64,000 nucleotides of DNA from Balanoglossus misakiensis (Eukaryota > Animalia > Hemichordata). The notes under the pieces are model-generated. The model was not told the origin of the DNA, ran no database searches, and saw only the letters and a list, made by a program, of their open reading frames with translations. Shown here piece by piece: positions 63,983 to 64,000 of the stretch (positions are counted from its first letter, which is position 1; each line of letters starts with the position of its first letter). The DNA is taken from positions 11,461,483-11,525,482 of the forward strand of contig CM082582.2 of NCBI GenBank assembly GCA_040954595.2. Reading direction: 5' to 3'. The position numbers and the translations under genes are program-made.

Positions 63983-64000
63983 GCAAGAACATTTCAGTGA

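Noticed and set aside
5582-64000. Assigning gene symbols such as CUBN, NETO1, LRP12, TLL1 or CSMD
   Set aside because: Only domain-level similarity is visible; there are no EGF, sushi or protease domains, and orthology cannot be set without a phylogeny.
5582-64000. Reading the CUB exons as one giant cubilin-like gene
   Set aside because: Each unit has its own signal-peptide exon, TM exon and stop codon, and the array switches strand.

Overview
Intron-rich eukaryotic (animal) DNA; the gene families suggest an invertebrate deuterostome such as a hemichordate, echinoderm or amphioxus, but this is inference only. From about 5.6 kb to the end, the window is one tandem array of 12 paralogous single-pass CUB-domain receptors (R1-R12). 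I rebuilt them exon by exon from splice signals and reading phase. R1-R5 are on the minus strand and R6-R12 on the plus strand, diverging head-to-head around 28.3-30.9 kb. The basic layout is signal peptide + short basic propeptide - CUB x(0-3) - divergent CUB - LDLa x(1-2) - TM - cytoplasmic tail; R11 (and, as far as visible, R12) is a CUB-only variant. All complete models keep open frames. The tails fall into classes: PPxY with or without PTAP (R1, R2, R3, R5), tyrosine YEN / YY[DE]P motifs (R7-R10), and tailless or motif-less (R4, R6, R11). RFX X-box-like motifs lie upstream of most members; in R7-R10 they are paired with a YY1-like GCCGCCAT element. A 3-exon carbohydrate sulfotransferase of the CHST8-14/HNK-1ST family flanks the array on the left. 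Also present are two Harbinger-type MITEs, a ~600-bp dispersed repeat in two copies, and several microsatellites. No database searches were run; coordinates were counted by hand and may be off by a few bases.
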